64,000 nucleotides of DNA from Malacoraja senta (Eukaryota). Location: the NCBI GenBank assembly GCA_038087875.1, contig CM075998.1, positions 6,078,001-6,142,000 of the forward strand, given 5' to 3'. A program made the position numbers and the translations under genes. Shown here in pieces: positions 60,855 to 64,000 of the stretch. How positions within the stretch are numbered: position 1 is the first letter of the stretch; the number at the start of each line of letters is the position of its first letter. The notes below the pieces were generated by a model that searched no databases, had not been told where the DNA came from, and saw only the letters and a program-made list of their open reading frames with translations.

Positions 60855-61475
60855 ACTGAAGATAGACACAAAATGCTGGAGTAACTCAGCAGGACAGACA
60901 GCATCTCTGGAGAGAAGGAATGGGTGACGTTTCAGGTCAAGACCCTTCTTCAGACTAGATTCAGGGGAAAAGGAAACGAGAGATATGGATGGTGATGCAG
61001 AGAGATATAGAACAAAAAAATAACAATGGAAATAATAACAACAAGGAAATGGGCCATTGTTAGATATTTGCTAGGTGAGAACGGGAAGCTGGTGTGACTT
61101 GGGTGGGGGAGGGATGGAGAGAGAGGGAATGCAGGGATTACTTGAATTTGGAGAAATCAATATTCATACCACTGGGGTGTAAGCTGCCCAAGCGAAATAT
61201 GAGATGCTGTTCCTCCAATTTGCGTTTAGCCTCACTCTGACAATGGAGGAGACGTAGGACAGAAAGGTCTCTGTGGGAATGGGAAGGAGAATTAAAGTGT
61301 TTAGCAACCGGGAGATCAGGCGGGCTGAGTGAAGGTGTTCAGCGAAACGATCGCCCAGTCTACATTTGGTCTCGCTGATGTATAAGAATCCACATCTTGA
61401 ACAATGGATACAGTAGATGATGTTGGAGGAGGTGCAAGTGAACCTCTGCCTAACATGAAAAGACTGTCGGGGTCC
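60855..61475 (-). mobile_element. Penelope-like fragment (second subfamily)
   Basis: NIIYCIHC..C..LYISETK in ORF 61164-61541; terminal repeat. Confidence 0.85.
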
Positions 61476-61675
61476 AGTGTTTTTGATGTTTATCATTGTA
61501 ATCATAATTGTGTACTGATAAAATAACCTGGAGATCTGCACTGCCGGGTTTTTTCCCAGCAGGTTTCAGATTTTGTGTAAACAATTCCCCAAATGTGCAG
61601 AAAAGTGTAAAGGCAGCAATACTGACATCAGCCAGCAGAGGGGGCATTATATGAGTTAGGCATAAAATACTCTAA

Positions 61676-62001
61676 TGGGCCTGTCCCACGTAGGTGATTT
61701 TTCAGGCAACTACAGGCGACTAGTTTGTCGCCACATGTCCGCCGGTGGATGCCGGGAGTAGTCTCCTCAGTCGCGCAAAAAGTCGTAGCGTCTTTCTACT
61801 CGCCACTAAATTTTCAACGTGTTGAAAAATTTTCGGCAACAGTGGGTTTGACGCCAATGAGCGTAGCTTGACTTCTCCTGACGTAGGTGCTGTGGTAGGT
61901 TGTCACCAGGATGACGTAGGTTGTCACCGGTTTTTCGGTGACCTGCTACAACTATCAGTCGCCGGCAGTTGCCTAAAAAATAACCAAGTGGGACAGGCCC
62001 A
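61676..62001. mobile_element. Harbinger-type MITE
   Basis: TGGGCCTGTCCCAC ... GTGGGACAGGCCCA; flanks TAA/TTA. Confidence 0.8.
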
Positions 62002-62700
62002 TTACAAGCTCATATTTCTTCATGACATAGAAGTCGGCCATTTAGCCCATCAATTCCATGTTGGATCATAGAGAAATCTCATTCTCATTCTCCCACATTC
62101 CCCTGTCAACTATTCTCTCACCTGCACCAATTGATATCCACTGATTCTCTCTGATTCTCCTTCCACTCAACTACACTCAGGGCAATTTACAGCTGTCAAT
62201 GAACCAACAAACCAGCATGTCTTTGGTAGGACATCGGGGCACTAGGAAGAAACATGGAAACCCATACAGACTGCACATGGACAGCATTAGAGATCAGAAG
62301 CAGCAGCACTCTGCAGAACTATGTGCCACCCCTATATTAAATAATAATAAAACAATGTGAACTTACATTGCACCTATATGTGGTCAGCCACCATTGGTGG
62401 AGTCATTACATTCAGAGGGTGGGCAAGAGACCACAAATAGTCTCTTTGTGGTCTCTTTACTCTTTGTAGCACGGACGGTACGGACTAGAAGGGCCGAGAT
62501 GGCCTGTTTCCATGCTGTAATTATATGGTTATAGTGCCTGGTACAAGAATTTAAATGTGACTGGTTTTGGAGTCACATATTGGAGTATTGTGAGCAGCTA
62601 AGTGCCCCATATCTGAGGAATGATGTGCTGGCGTTGGAGAGGGTCCAGAGGAGGTTTACGGGTTTACGAGAATGATCCCTGGAATGATTGGGTTAACATA

Positions 62701-63871
62701 CAGTGCCCTCCATAATGTTTAGGACAAAGACCCATCATTTATTTGCCTCAGTACTCCACAATTTGCGATTTGTAATAGAAAAAAATCACATGTGGTTAAA
62801 GTGCACATTGTCAGATTTTATTAAAGGCCATTTTTATACATTTTGGTTTCACCATGTAGAAATTACAGCTGTGTTTATCAATACCCAATTGGATCCTGAT
62901 TCAAAACTAATAATACTAGGAATATCAGAACAAAACCTAACACTCACAACAAGACAAAGAAACTTTCTCGACTATAGTATAATAACTGGGAAAAAATTAA
63001 TATTAAAATGTTGGAAAGGCCCTATAACCCCCACAATTAAAATGTGGATTATGGAAATGTCGGAGACCCTACATCTAGAAAGAATTAGACTTGTCTTAAT
63101 GGACAAACAAGAACTTTTTGTCAGAATATGGTCTCCATTCATTGACTATTTGAAGCGGTAGATCGGTTCAGCACGAGAACCTAACTGAAGCTCGAACTCA
63201 GGATTAGATGAAAGGTTAAACTTTATAATCTACAAACTATCTCCAATGATGTAAATCATTCCACTCTTTTTTTTAATCTTGACATTTGTGGGGGGGTTTT
63301 CTCTGTTTCTTTCTTACTTTCTATCTATTAAAAAAAAAACTAGAAGCAGAATCAATCCACAATTGATAATATTAATAATGTATGATTGATAAACATGAAA
63401 TGTTTTTATCTTAATATGTTTTTGCTTCTAATAAAAATATTTTTAAAAAAAAGAAACACTCTTCAGGAGTCAGGTGTGGATTTGTCAATGACCACTGTCC
63501 GCAGAAGACTTCATGAACAGAAATACAGAGGCTACACTGCAAGATGCAAACCACTGGTTAGCCACAAAAATAGGACCACAGTTCTGGAAAAAGGTCTTGT
63601 GGACGGATGAGACAAAGATGAACTTATATCAGAGTGATGGCAAGAGCAAAGTATGGAGGGGAGAAGGAACTGCCCAAGATCCAAAGCATACCACCTCATC
63701 TGTGAAACACGGTGGTGGGGGTGTTATGGCCTGGGCATGTATGGCTGCTGAAGGTACTGGCTCACTTATCTTCATTGATGATACAACTGCTGATGGTAGT
63801 AGCATAATGAATTCTGAAGTGTATAGACACATCCTATCTGCTCAAGTGCAAACAAATGCCTCAAAACTCAT
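62701..63871 (+). mobile_element. Second Tc1-like copy, interrupted by an L1 3' fragment (62880-63452)
   Basis: TA|CAGTGCCCTCCATAATG; ORF 63513-63875 with WTDETK and VKHGGGGVMAW; the L1 piece encodes KKLILKCWK and has an A-tail. Confidence 0.88.
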
Positions 63872-64000
63872 TTAAAAATGTTGAGATTATCTCTCCTGAA
63901 GGACACGCCCCTTCCGGAGGGACTATGAAACCCGGAAGTGTTGAGTGCCTCAGTCAGTCTCTGCAAGATGGGGGAGCGAGGGGGTCACGTCACGTCACGT
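63872..64000 (+). mobile_element. Fragment of the Helitron family at 56967-58699, opposite orientation
   Basis: Reverse complement of about 58400-58525. Confidence 0.75.

Overview
Eukaryotic, repeat-dense vertebrate DNA, most likely a cartilaginous fish (skate/ray). This is inferred from the HE1-like tRNA SINEs, the abundant CR1 and Penelope-like elements, and the style of the Tx1/L1/RTE repeats. I found no recognisable host protein-coding exon; nearly all long ORFs are decayed transposon ORFs. Main contents: (1) a near full-length CR1 LINE (about 10.6-20.3 kb) split by a structurally complete DIRS tyrosine-recombinase retrotransposon; (2) RTE, L1, Vingi/Ingi-like, Rex/Babar-like and L2 fragments; (3) at least eight Penelope-like GIY-YIG copies whose terminal repeats carry minimal hammerhead motifs; (4) hAT, Harbinger-type, pogo-type and Tc1 DNA transposons and a Helitron; (5) a CpG-rich YY1/NRF1 promoter-like island near 33.7 kb; (6) a nested cluster at 36.5-53 kb. 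The most unusual items lie in that cluster: an unclassified TIR element carrying an intact, possibly spliced ORF for an NLS plus a Spindlin/Tudor-like domain; a Tx1 5' leader built from a U1/U2 snRNA mosaic; a 143-bp retroposon headed by a fully pairable minimal HDV-like ribozyme; and a self-nested, double-Ds-like palindromic hAT-type element. Family names come from motif recognition by eye, not database searches. Boundaries without a stated TSD or TIR are approximate.
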